Below, piece by piece: positions 14,980-52,300 of a DNA stretch of 60,000 nt (position 1 is its first letter; every line of letters begins with the position of its first letter). The translations under genes were made by a program, and so were the position numbers. Under the pieces are notes generated by a model. The model was given only the letters and a program-made list of their open reading frames with translations, did no database searches and was not told where the DNA came from. The stretch is from positions 8,248,001-8,308,000 of the forward strand of contig NC_087246.1 of the NCBI RefSeq assembly GCF_037042905.1. Reading direction: 5' to 3'. Source of the stretch: Lytechinus pictus (lineage: Eukaryota).

Positions 14980-15743
14980 TAGACAGTATCCCATTTATTC
15001 ATCACAAATAAATGCATCTCAGTGCTCACTCTTGTGATTTCTTTGGTCCTCTTTCTCATTGTAGGCCTACATAATACTGTTAGGGCCTGTGGCTGCCATT
15101 TTGAATATCAGACTACAGCATTTATCACATACATGGCATATGAAATAATATATTTTGTCAGCAATTATTGTGTTTTTAGTCAGTATTCCACTCATTTCTC
15201 TTAATAATATTATGCATTTTAGTGCTCACTTGCGATTTTTGTTGGCACCTTTGCCATAGAAAATAATACTATTTGGGCCAGTGGCAGCTATTTTGAATAT
15301 TAAATACAACAATTTTCCCATAAATGACATAATAAATGATATATCATGTTAGCATTGATGATTTGCATATATTTCTTCGTCCATAGATCACAATTACTTG
15401 CAGTTTAGCGATCATTTTTGTGAAAAATTAATTTTCCCTATTCATATTGTACATAATAGGATATAGGGCCTACAAAGGTTTGTGGCGGCCATTTTGAATA
15501 TCAACAAATACATATTTTGTCAAGAAATGTGTTTTCAGAGAGTATTTTACTCCTGCAACACAATTACATAAATTTTATAGCCAATTTGCTGGCAATTTTA
15601 TGATTTTCATGGGTAATATATGCATATTTTGGCGGCCATATTGGATTTTGCCAATTTGCAGAAAATGCTCAAGGTTACACGAGTGGCATCATTCAGATTC
15701 GTAATCAGCACCTTCGAATTGACAAGAATTAACCATAAAAAAA

Positions 15744-15785
<42 letters not shown>

Positions 15786-15820
15786 AAAAAACAAGGTTAT
15801 GCCTCTTCTATCCTGGACTA
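10480..15820. repeat. Diverged ~190-bp subrepeat array with AAAATGGCSGCC cores, ending in a DNA-transposon-like terminus (..CCTGGACTA)
   Basis: Cores near 10912, 11101, 11310, 11490, 11690 (forward) and 11766, 11954, 12136 (reverse), repeated in the duplicate, then 15090, 15283, 15484, 15631 (reverse). Confidence 0.7.
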
Positions 15821-16139
15821 TATACAAACAACCAAAGAAGCGACGTGTCGGTCGCGACGGCTTAAGGTCCTCATCGAGGGACAGTGGAGTAGCTACGGGG
15901 GTGGCACGTGCCTCTCCCCCCCCCCCAATCGGCTTGGAAAAATGGGGGAAGGAGAAAAAGAAAGAGAAACTTAGTTGGGAAGAAGAAAAAAATATAGTAT
16001 ATTGTATTATATCATATTATTGTTACTTTTGTTATGAAAAATGTTGAAAAAAAACCCAATGAATGAATGAATGAATGAAACGTAAATGAATGAAATTATA
16101 TTACTAAAGAAATATTTTTTCAAAAGTTTATGAAACATA

Positions 16140-16655
16140 ATTTGCTTACGGGCATATAAAGCGCTTTTTGCCTGAGGATACAAAGCGCTGATATTATTAC
16201 CCCGGCTATAGCTCGAGCTACACTGTAAAAACTGTGGTGTTAATACTGACACCAATTGGTGTTAATAGAGGACCACACCCTGAGGTGTTAAAATAGCACC
16301 CTAGAGATTGAACATAACACCAAAGAGTGTAAATGTATGTATGTAACAATCATAGGTGTTGTAATAACACCTATAGGTGTAAAACTAACACCACCAATTT
16401 AACACCGGTGTAAAATAACTGGTGTGGTCCTCTATGTACACCGGTTAACACCACAGTTTTTGCAGTGTACCATCACCGGCACTCAGTGCATTCAAGGAAA
16501 TAATCCTGCCGGGTACACATTCACCTCACCTGGGTTGAGTGAAGCACACTGTGCATAAATTTCTTGCTGAAGGAAAACACGCCATGGCTAGGATTCGACC
16601 CCACGACCCTCTGTTTGAAAGGCGAGAGTCAGAACCACTAAACCACGACGCGCCC
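16140..16655 (-). mobile_element. tRNA-derived SINE interrupted by a CACTG MITE
   Basis: Homologous to 31581-31853 on both sides of the 16221-16467 insert. Confidence 0.8.
16221..16467. mobile_element. CACTG-terminated MITE (EnSpm/CMC-like), 2-bp TA TSD
   Basis: TIR CACTGTAAAAACTGTGGTGTTAA / TTAACACCACAGTTTTTGCAGTG flanked by TA. Confidence 0.85.
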
Positions 16656-17764
16656 ACTTCATATAGTGACGTAATGCTTCTTTTTCATGATTCCTTAAAG
16701 TGATTGCCCCCGTTTAACGTCTGAATATAAACAATTTCCAGTCCGCGCTAAGGGATTTTTTTTAGAGAATTATGTCTGCTTCATGAATTCCTAAAACAGT
16801 TCTTTAAATGTCCCTCTTTTCCAGATCTGAATATAAAAAAAATTCAGCCCGGGCTTCACGCTCGCATCATTTTGTTCGTTAAATACGTATGGTCTTAATG
16901 AATTTCTAAAAACAAACCTTAGAATTCCCCTCTTTAGGTCTGAATATGATAAAAACTCAATTTTTGATTAGCCTGAGATACGTATCATGATTACGGTGAA
17001 TACAAACAGTTATTCATGTGTTTAGGTGTAATTCTAAAAAAAAATCATGAGATGACTATGATGAGATGTGTATGCTCTTCAGAATTCCTAAAAATATAGT
17101 CCTTAAATGTCCCCTACAGGCTACACGGGCCTATTAACATTGGGAAAGCAAGCGATATTCATTCGAGCCAACCCATTGCTATTTTTTAAAATTTGATATG
17201 GCTGATTGACAAATTGTATGCATATGATTGTCCATCTAACACTGATTCTATTTTTGGTAATTACTGAACTTCCTTTTCCCAAATTGGGAAGAAATATCAC
17301 AAATTTTGGACTATATTTTGACTGGCGGAAGGATTAGGGCTATTTTGCTGTTTGAGGTGATGAATCTGCTCCCCCCGACGGTGTCTTCAAACACGCCAAT
17401 TTATTTTTTAAATGAGCCGGTCGAGGGACCCTTTTCTGGTCAGATATGGATTGCCAGATATATATCCTATCCACTGGTAGTAAACATTCGACCCCCGAAT
17501 TTCCTCCTTATTTTTTATGAATTTTTTAAAGTGCAAATTTAACACACGAGTCTATGGGGAATGAATTAGGCCTGTGATACCATCTAGGTTCAATGTAAAA
17601 AAAAAAGAGTCAGCTCGCGCTTTGCGCTTGCATTGCTTGTTTAGTGAGATGGGAAAGTATTATGGTAACATTAGTTCTTTATTGTGAATTTAGATAAGTG
17701 AGGGAGCTTTCATTATCATTAACAGGTACTTTTATGGTATTGTTCGAGATGACGATACGGTCGA

Positions 17765-18190
17765 TCATTTTCCTTTGTAATGCTTATTCGTTATACGCAA
17801 CCGATCTTAATTACTTACGATCCCTAATCAAAACTTAATTACGGATAAATCAGAAAGCGCTTGAACTCTTAACTATTCTTTTGCGCCTGAACTAGTAACC
17901 CTAATCCTTATTAGGGAAGAAGCTTTGACAATGATTCAATTTCGATTGAGGTTAAAGAATGTGTGATTACCAGGCATTCTCATCATCTAGTAGTCGTTAG
18001 TCCACTGACTAGTAAAATTAAAGGAGAATTCATTCCCTTTTGAAAAGCATGCATTCAAAATCTCGCTCGGACGCTACTATCCGATAATATTTTGGAAACA
18101 TCTTTCACGGAAAGAGTTACAATTTTTATCTTCCATCCAACACAACCAAAGACAAAGTTACATCATTATTCAACAAGAAGGGAAATAACA
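17765..18190 (+). promoter_or_regulatory. Conserved 5' flank / putative promoter and 5'UTR of lectin paralog 1
   Basis: Aligns by eye with 43611-44040 upstream of paralog 2 (shared blocks such as CCCTAATCAAAACTTAATT and AGAATTCATTCCCTTTTGAAAAGCATGCAT). Confidence 0.5.
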
Positions 18191-42054
<23,864 letters not shown>

Positions 42055-43610
42055 TTCAAAAATTTGTTAAGAATTGACGTAGGGTGTGCTTAAATAATTT
42101 AAGAGTCAAGGATGGTACATGAATTTTACCTTTCTAATGCACATTTTAATGGAGAAAAATACGAAAGGAAGAAAATAATATTGTAATAGTTTTACAGTGA
42201 TTAACATTCTTCACCTCTCCCAACATACAGGATAGATGGCTCTCGCCGATAACAACAGCACCTATATCTGTCTTGTGGGAAAGGTTTCCTGAAAATTTTG
42301 TGGTGTTAGAACAGTTATAACTTTGGAGAGCCTTAAACTTAGTCATTTCAATACCAACATGCACAATATCCAAATAAAAATTACTCTATTAAAAAGGGTC
42401 ATAAATTTAGAACTTTTCCATGTTGGATGTAATTTTACGTGATATTGATTTGAATTCTTTGCTGTATTATATACTTGAAAGTAATAGTTGATTAATGATT
42501 GTCCTGTTGTATACTGTTAACATAAATTGTTTAAATTAGTTGATACATTTTGGTTTCATAAATTACCTCATGTTGTATGTATTCGTAACTTCAGCAGCTT
42601 TTAGTATAATCTACAGATTTACTTGACAGCCCTTTTACCATGTTTACTCTCCATGTTTACTCTGAATCAATAAAATATGTTTTAAGTTCTGGAAGATTAA
42701 AAACGTGCAGTCTCTTCAATTTCGATATTTTCGCTGATTTTTTAAACAAAATTATATTCATTTGCAGATTTGACAGATGAAAAATAATCCACAAAGAACC
42801 ATGAATGTCAAAAGGGTGTCTTCATTTAGTTCGAATATTGAAGTAGCGAGACAAACCAATTTCATATTATCAATTTATCATTAAAAACCTACATTTTCTA
42901 TTGTTGTATTTTAATAAGGTATGGCGCGATTGCGATAGTAGTAACAAAGTAGTTCGGTTCAAAATTTTTAAGGCCTAGAATAGTCGAGAATCTTAAATGC
43001 TGTATTGAGTGAATGCACCAAGAATAAAACCAAACGAACTGGGACATTATGATTCAGGGCGATCTTTGGTTTTCCCATTTATTATTATTACGATTAATTG
43101 GGTTGGTGATTGATGAATGCATATATCAAAATCATTGCATTTATCATCAACATAAGACCACCTTATATATACCTCTATCAAACAAACATGACATTTGATC
43201 AGTGATGATAATGATCTAAAATGTCAGATAACATAAATATACTCTGCATCACTCGTGTATACAGTGCCTCTGCTAACCGCCGGCACAACAGTATTGTTTT
43301 TTTTTTTCATAACTCGTTCTCACTTTTTTCCAACACGTTATATTTCGATTCCAACGGCTATTATTTGATCTCATGACTTATAATCGACGTATACATGATA
43401 CGTCGTATAAAAGTCGAGAGAACAAGTTGAAGAACGAGTTGTTAAATTATATGCCGTTTAGCAACATCATTTTCTGCATGATATTTCATGATCGTTTGCT
43501 AAGGGTGTTTCAATGATATTTTATTAGAATGGGAGACGAGAGGACAATATACACTCATGTATCATCATAATTTGAATTTGCCTTAATTAAGCACCTTGGG
43601 TGTTCCGGTA

Positions 43611-44040
43611 ATTCCTTTGTAATGCGTATTGCGTTATGCAACAGATCTTAATTAGTCACGTTCCCTAATCAAAACTTAATTATGTATACATAGATGAAGT
43701 CAAAAAGTGCTTGAACTCATAATTCTTTTAGGCCTGAACTAGTACCTTCATTAGGGGAGGCTTTAACAATTCAATTTTCTGGTCTGTGATCCTGCTATTA
43801 GGATAAAGGTCTCATGATGACCATGCTTTCACTTCTAATTATATATTAGTCGTTAGTTCATTGACCAGTAAAATTAAAGAAGAATTCATTCCCTTTTGAA
43901 AAGCATGCATAAACAATCTCGGATGCTACTATCAAATATTTTGGAAATATTTCTCGCGGAAAGATTTACAGATTCTCTGTTCTACCCCAACACAACGAAA
44001 GACAAAGTTACATCATTATTTAACAAGAAGAGTAATAATA
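43611..44040 (+). promoter_or_regulatory. Conserved 5' flank / putative promoter and 5'UTR of lectin paralog 2
   Basis: Homologous to 17765-18190. Confidence 0.5.
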
Positions 44041-47000
44041 ATGCCTACATCCAAATGTATACTCTCGATAACGAACGTCATTTGTGTTGGCTTTATGACT
44101 CTGACGCTATGGACAACATCGCTACAGAGTGCTGATGGTGAGTACAGTTTTCTTAATTTTATCATAAACTACTTGTGTTTTCTGGATATTTGTCGGGTCC
44201 CCACTCCAGGTGGATGTTTCATAAAATTGTTCCTAAGTTACGAGAGACTATACGAACAAGTACACTGTAAAAAAAAATTAGTAGAAATTACTTAATAAAA
44301 TTGTGGCAAAAAATTGCCTTAATTTTTTCAAGTATTTATGACTTTGGCAGTTTTAAGTAAAATTTACTTATTTTCTTTGCTTCCATTTTACTCAAGAAAA
44401 TTAAGTTACAATAACTTAATTCAATTAAGTAAAACAATCAACAAAATATTTGAAAATATCAAATGGGGGAGTGGACTTTCGTGATTCGAAAGTCCGCTCC
44501 CCCATCGTCCCACTTTTGGTGGCATCATTTTCATTTTAGACATGTTTTATCCAAATATTAGACTTTGTGAATTGTCACTTACCTGTACATGTATAGGTAC
44601 TGACATTTATATTTATACGCGATCGTTTCATTCTTACAAATAAAACAGTGAGAATAATTTTCTGCTAAATGACTATTTAATATTGCCTTTTCATTGATTC
44701 AACAAAAGAATACAATAGTTAGCACACCCTTATCCAAAACAATTTCAAACACAAATAGATATGACAGTTATTTAAAAAACAACAACATTTATTTGCTCTA
44801 ATGAATATTCATGCATTATTTAAATATGGCGTTAATTGAAAAATATAAGTACATTCAACATGATTTTATAAGTAACAATCATCTTTGCCTAATTGAGTTA
44901 GATTTACTCAATCAAAGCAAGCTATCAATACGTGAATTTTCTTAAATGTATATTGAACCCAAATAAATCAAGTAAATCAAAAGACAAGTTGAAACTACTT
45001 AAAAACAACGAAAAATAATTACAAATTGTAAATTCTACTTAAATACATTAAGTGTTAACTACTGATTCAAAGATTTTTTTTACAGTGTAGTGACATTTCT
45101 TGTGGTTAATAATATACACCGTATTTTCACAGATGTTGATTTATTTCCTAAGAAAGGATATCTAGTTGTTCGTAATATCCTTCGTAACAGATCAGTGGTT
45201 ACGAACGATTTTGTCGACTAACAAAAAGTGAGGCCTATTTGTTGACATATGAAAAATTATATGTTGGCATGGCGACATACGTTATCTTGTCAAGGTGACA
45301 TATAACTGTTCATAAGCCGACATAGCAAGATAGCAACGTATCTCACCATGTCGACATACGACTTTAATATATATATAAGTCTACTTGGCACGATGTCATA
45401 TCCCACGCCATGTCAACACAATAGGGCTATTAAATCGACTGGAAAAAATATCTCGATATCTTGTCAAGTCGATGGCACTTTAAATACCAACGAGATCTTA
45501 TAATCCAATTTACTCCAATTAACCTGCAAGAACGCGGATGTTTTTCTTTGTTACATCATGACATTATTTTATTCAAATCAATGTAGATATCTGCCCATCT
45601 GGCTGGTCGTACTTCTCTTCAAACTGCTACTTCCTTGATACTAACGGGAGGACTTGGGATGACGGTTTGGAAACCTGTCAAGGGTACGATGCTTGGCTCG
45701 CTGAGATAACATCAGATGCAGAGCAAAGTTTTATTACTAGTTATCTCGGTCTTGGAATAGGTGCGTGGATAGATTGCAGGGATAGCATCTCAGAGGGTGA
45801 CTGGCGGTGTGGCAACGATGACCATCCAATTACTTTCACAGGTATGATTTGGGATGAATTATGAAGGGGAAATCCAAGGGGTTCAAACGGAAGCATTACA
45901 ATCTACTTTACGAGATACTTCATCATGCCAAGTCGACATAATTGCCTTATGATGCCAATTCGGCGACTTGCGAAGTCGATTTTTCAAATTAAAAAGTTGC
46001 ATTTTGACACGATGGGAAAAGCTATATTCCTGAAGAACGACAAGAACCCACTTGTCGAAACGTCGAGTTTTTAGGACCAACACTTGCCCAAGAAAGATAC
46101 ATGGTGTACCTTGAAACCTAGCTATTACACTATTCTTCTTCGCCATGGAAACCTTCAGAAGTTAATATATTGCCAAGTCGAGCTTTGAAATGTATATGTC
46201 GCCAATGCTGGATATGTTGACTTGTTGTAACTCGCGATATGACGACATGTAACTTTTTATAAGTTGCTTTGGCAGCATAATATATCCCGCCATCTCATCA
46301 GATGGATGGCGCCTTAACCATGTTAACTTTTTTAACCCTGATCTGTTAACTTTTTTAAATATTTTTTTTCCCGCTTCCGTGCAATCTTCATAAAGTATTC
46401 CTCACATATTCTGCCATTTGATTAGGCTATGTTCTGATTCAATTTCCATAATGCTTTCACGATTATAATTTTATGACTCCTCACGGGCATGTATTAGTTT
46501 CCGCCTTCCCTCTCTCTCCCTCTCCTTTCCTCTCTCTCTCTCCCTCTCCTTATCTCACTCCCGCTCTCCTTACATTTCTCTACTTTTCTTCTCTCCATTA
46601 AACTCTTTTCATTTCAATAATTGTCGCTTTATCCATTCAGGTTGGGCAGGATCAGAACCGAACAACGCCGATGGAAATGAAGACTGTGTTGTAATCTATA
46701 ATGGTCCCTGGTATGACATTCCCTGTACAAGTCAGATTTCTGCTCTTTGTAAAAAGACTGGTATGTTATTTTCATTAACGAGGGATAAATAAATCCACAT
46801 CGCATGTAAGTAAGTGACCAGTCGAACAGTTGGATTCTAACATTGTGGATTGTAATTTAATTTTAACAGATTTGAATAAAGATGAAATTTAAAACTAAGT
46901 TTATAGCATTCCAAACAAATCCAATTTCAGGCTGTCACTATTTACAGCTGATCTGGATTTAGTTCTTGAAATTAAGTGGTGGTGGATGGGGGGAATTACA

Positions 47001-48120
47001 ATTATATCATGGTCTTGTCATCGGTATCATAATTATCAGAGCTGTAGGTCTACAAATTTTACATTTTAAGTGCAAATGAAAGTATGCTAAGGTTTGATCT
47101 GAATGGTTTAATTTGTGAACGAGGGGCACCCGTAAGTCTATATTAAAAAATGATAGTGAAAATATTTCTTATCCTCGATGATATCACGAGACACTTTGAA
47201 AGAAATTATTGATATTTTTTTATAAATTGTTTTGATGAGAGCAGAGACGGATCAAACATGAAAATTGTGAGGGAGGATAGAGGGGGGGGGGGAGCGTGGG
47301 CAAAGAAAATGTTTTAACAAGGCACCCCCAAAAAAATTAATTTCAGTTATTTTCTCTGATAAATTATTGAGTGCAAAAAAATTTGATTATGAAATTGTCA
47401 CCCAATTTAGTTTTTACACTTATTAGGGTTACTAGGAAACACCACGAGAAGAAAATGATGAAATAGATTTTGCAAATGCATAATTCTAAAACTCGAAACA
47501 AACAAAAAATATCAGACTGAGCATTCGCAGATCTACTTTTAACAGAATCTTCTTGTCCTCTATGTCTATCGTTTCCAAAACTCATTATTAATTGTCGTAT
47601 TTGTTTAGTTACTACAGGAAGGCTGATGTACCCTTGTACTTTCCATATATATATATTTTTGTTATTACTGACAACTGATAATTTGCTAAAAGCTCGTTAA
47701 GAAGCATTTGATTGGAAACTCAAGAGCAGGCGTTAATTGCCTAGTCATTGATAGCAATATCAAATAGGGCGTACCTGTCCAGAAATCTTATTATTACTTT
47801 TTGTTTCCTATTTTGAAACATATTATTGTAAACCCCCTTCCTTTTCAGCGACTATTATTTCTAGCATGTCCAGATCAATGTTCTTTAAGAAGGACACCTC
47901 GAACCCAGGATACTGTCTCAGAAATAATGTAATCGAAGAAATTGACCAATCTACCTTGACCAGCTGTGGAGGGCGCTGTCTGAAGACTGGAGATTGTGCC
48001 TCAATAAATTACTTCCCTCGTCGCGACAGATGCCAACTCAACAGTGCAACTAAGACTGTGGCTTCTGATTCTGATTATGTCGAGGTTTCCAATTGTGAAT
48101 ACTTTGATATTTTTTCATAA
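44041..48120 (+). CDS. Secreted C-type lectin + PAN/apple-domain protein, paralog 2 (247 aa). Exons 44041-44137, 45587-45841, 46641-46760, 47849-48120
   Basis: Same exon structure as paralog 1, 744 nt open frame. Exon 3 encodes GWAGSEPNNADGNEDCVVIYNGPWYDIPCTSQISALCKK; exon 4 encodes the PAN domain. Confidence 0.92.
44263..45087. mobile_element. CACTG-terminated non-autonomous element in paralog 2 intron 1
   Basis: TIR CACTGTAAAAAAAA, TA on both sides; absent at the homologous site in paralog 1 (about 18426). Confidence 0.85.
46022..46161 (+). mobile_element. Solo Penelope pseudo-LTR fragment containing a minimal hammerhead (46026-46068)
   Basis: AUUC-CUGAAGA-ac-GACAAG(aaccca)CUUGUC-GAAAC-GUC-GAGU; a second family copy lies at 54168-54326. 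Confidence 0.75.
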
Positions 48121-49459
48121 TTCATTCAGTAATCTTTCGTGCATTGACGTCGAGTGGGCTCGTACATTTTTTATTCAAAAAGGTATTGTAATCAAATTAA
48201 TTGGTAAAGAAATTTTGAACCTCGTGTTTTGGGGCTCGGCTGTCCTTGACATTGAACCTTTTTTTATCTACATTAAACCGTCAAACCAAACCATCATATT
48301 TCCAACAGCACTTTCAAGAGTACTTTATCAGTTGATATTTATAATTGGAATTTTCAAAATCTCAGTCTGACATACTATTGGTATTCACTATCAAATTAAT
48401 ATACCGTTATTTTGATTTTCGAACCAAACAAAAATAGATATCTGAAGTCATTTATATTTCTTGACGTTGCTGATCAATTATTGTCGAATCATCTTTAACA
48501 AATAGATAAAATATTACAATTTGTTTGTCTTCTTCAAAAGTGACTTTTGACCAAAATGGATCGTGATGTTTAGTTTCGCTGATGCAGAAACGAGGCAAAC
48601 CACTCTAGCCATTTTATATAACGATTTTATGTTTATTGATGGAATTAGTTTCAATTTTCTTTCTTTGTGTCCAATAAGGCTATGGCACGATCGGAATGTT
48701 ATATATAGGGCATGCTCAAATGGATCTTCATTACATGTGTACTGACTAAATGATATATTGTAATTCAACTATTTCAAGTGATGTGTGCATCCATTACTCG
48801 AGAGCCTGTAAAATCAATTCGAATAGAAGAGCAAGCACATTAGAGAAAAATGATATAGTTTGCCCGACCGGTAAAGCAAAATATTCACCATTATTTTAGC
48901 TGTCATGAATGACGGGTTATACTGTATCTATTTATAATTTTAATAATTGCATGGCTAAATAGATAAATGTCAATCGTTAAAGATTTCAATTATTTTGAGT
49001 TTTATTTTATTATTATTTCATAGATTACAATGGCGAATTTTGGGCGGCAACATGTTTTTTTTAATGAAACAAAGGGGAAGAGGCAAGGTCATTTTCTATA
49101 AAGGGGTATACAGTATGTAAATAACATGCAGTAATATTAAACTTCTCAAAACCTTTATGCAGTCTGCGTGCATGGTGTGTTCTTCTTCTGCTTCTTCATC
49201 CCATTGTTTCTCCTCTTCTTTATCTTACAACTTGATAAATCACAGGCGTACTCGCCTCTGTCCCCATTTGTACCGCTCTTGAAAATACATGCAGGGGCAA
49301 TAATGCCTGGGGCCTGGGGTGGGTGATGCATCCCTCAACTGAGAAGTTGGGCGTCTGGGCGATGCTGTGTTTATCCCCCCCCCCCTCCCAGTTCAAGGTG
49401 GAAATATATATTATAAAGATTTTATGATATTTTGTAAATGATATAAACACTAGTTAGCA

Positions 49460-49730
49460 AGTTTTTCATGTAGCACTTTTCCCATAACGGCTCAAACCGC
49501 TTTACAGCATATTATTACCCCGGTCATTGGATTCATTACAGTCCCACACAAAAAGTGCACAATTTCCACTCCCACTCCCACTCCCATCCTACTGGGTACC
49601 CATTTAGCACCTGGGTCGAGAGTGGCAAAGTCTGGATTAAAACCTTGCCAAAGGACGCTAGACCGCGGTGCTATTCAAACACACGAGCTCTGTTTACAAG
49701 ACGAGAGTCAGAACCACTACACCGCGGCTC
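49460..49730 (-). mobile_element. Degenerate tRNA-derived SINE
   Basis: Shares GGGTACCCATTT..CACCTGGGT.GAG and the tRNA-like head with the other SINE copies. Confidence 0.7.
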
Positions 49731-51654
49731 TTTCACAAAACACTGCTTTATGAAGTGTTTAGGAAGCGTGTGCGGGGGTATATGGGTGGATGTGTGTGTG
49801 CGAGAGAGGTGATATGTATTGTGGGCGTGCATTAGGTGTGTGTATGTGTGTGTGAGAGAAAGAGAGAACTTGTGGGTTATGTAGGGAAACCTGTGTGATA
49901 TTGTAATGCCAGCATGCCATCTATGGCGCCTATAGTTTCGATTCCGGCGGTACGGCTCTTGGGTGAGACACTGTTCCTTTATAATGAATAAAATTAAATG
50001 GAAACGCTACATGCATTATTGATACTAATGTGTACACATGTTTGTAAAAAAAGGTGATTAATATTAAGCCAGATGACCCTTTTTTGTTAAACAAGTACTA
50101 TATTGTTATTTATCAATGTGCAGTTTGTTTCTGTAACTAGATAAATTGGGTGTTGTTTAAAACATAAATACCATAGAAAGCAGCTTTTCACATTGATCAA
50201 TGTTTAAAGCTGAGCCTCCCTTTTTATACCGAAATATTTAACCTCTTCAAATATTTAAGTAAAATAATATTTTCCTGTCTTATATATACTGTTGGGGGTA
50301 TGTTTGTTATTCTCGAATGGAGAACAATTAGGCAGGGTTGAGAACAACAATAAAATCAGAACGCAATATTTCACTGCACATAGCACCGATATCTGAGATT
50401 AACCGATGAAGAATATCTCGTTCATATATATTCTGTAACAATGTGACGTCTATGTTCATATCTAATGCTGATCAAGTTATGGCGTTTATCTCGAATTAGG
50501 GCGTTATGAAAAAAAGCATGCAGGGATATCATTAAAAACTTAGAGACGTCGTTCCGATGTATTAAGCGCTATATAAATGCGGAATATTATTTTTATTATT
50601 AAAATGCAGTTTTATGCCCTTAAGTGAGCAGTATTCTTGTTTTTAAACCAAATTAATGATTCCTTTATGTTTGAAATAAAAACTTTGTTCATATCTTATG
50701 ACGATCAAGTTATGGTTGTTTTTCTTGGATTTGGGATATCTGGGTCTGGGGTCTCGCTTGCACTGCGCAGTTTAATAGAGTAGCAGTCATGATTTTCATA
50801 ACAACTCCGATAATCAGATCCCAAGTTCATTTACAATGTAATTAGACATTTTTGTTAATATTGAACAAGATATCGATTCTTAATTGATCTCAAATGACCT
50901 TTGTAACCATTTACCTGAAATGATACTCATCTAGTTTCTGATACCTGTTTACCATTATCCAAATACTGACTGTTAATTTCGAAATACATACACGAGCTAT
51001 ACATTATTCGCTTTTAGACCAAAGGCGAACAAATCAACCCGAAAAGATTGAATGATCAGCGATTATCGTGCAATTATGTAAGTTTTATTCCTCCACGAAT
51101 CGTTTGCTTCCGTGAATGACATGCCTTCCTCGAATGTATATGTCTACATTGATTTATTTCTTTGCAGAATATTACACCAGATTTTCAAAGGAATATTTAA
51201 TGAGATCGCTGAATAAGAGTCAATCAATATTTCAAGCTGGAAACCCATTAGACCTTTCATTATACACTTTCTTGCCAGCAACGATTTCATTGGAGGATGA
51301 TGATAGAGAGGTTCCATTAGACCATTTCATATTGCAAATGAAACATATTTAAAACTAACAAGTCTGATGCAAATAATATGAAGCCGTCATATTGCCAGTC
51401 AGCACACAGTATAATTATGCATGCAATTTACGGACTGAAAGATTTTTTCGCCCAAAGTTACTTGGGCAAGATATGTACAATAATGCAGGACTACAGTTAC
51501 ATACAAATCACATATACATGTGTAACACAAGCAATATTGTGACTCAATTTGCTAAAGTAAACTTAGATAAGATAGATAAAACGCTGATGAGGTATGTTTT
51601 GGTAGTTTAAGGGAAATATACACAGAAAAGCCTGACAAAAGCGCAGAAAAGATA

Positions 51655-52300
51655 CAGTTGAGGCTAAAAGATTACATACACCCAGGAAATTCAAAGAAAA
51701 GTTGACACTTGCTAAACATCATAAAATTTACTGTATCTTATGAAATAATTGAGCTATTATGACGAATTTGATATCAAACAAATAACTATGTCATGCCCCT
51801 TCGTCACATTGCTTTGTCATCAGGAGCTGAAAAATATTTAGGTGTCATTTATCCCCCAAAAATCTTCATGTTTTAGAAAAATTAAAAATAAAAACTTGAC
51901 AAAAACATTTCATATTTGTGCTAGTTACTTCTGAACACAAACATTTCAGATTACACTTTTTTGTTCAGTGTTGACATATCATGATAGAAATGTAATATAA
52001 ACCATATATTTGACATTTGTATATTTCTATGAAGCGATGTTTGAAAATATAATAAGAAATAGAATATATTTGGCACGAATATTACTTTTTTTCTTCAAAG
52101 AAAAAATCTCTCCTGAAATATACTATAATCCTAACAGCATCCCAATTATGTGAAAGAGCTTAATACGCTCTTTTATTTGATACCAAATTTGTCATGGTAG
52201 TATTTATATTTCTGAAGAGTAAAGTAAATTTTACGATGTTTGGTAAGCGAACAAATTTCACTGACTTCCATGGGTGTATGTAAACTTTTGGCCTCAACTG
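51655..52300. mobile_element. Tc1-like non-autonomous element
   Basis: ~30-bp TIR CAGTTGAGGCYAAAAGWTTACATACACCCA, TA TSD, no transposase ORF. Confidence 0.9.
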
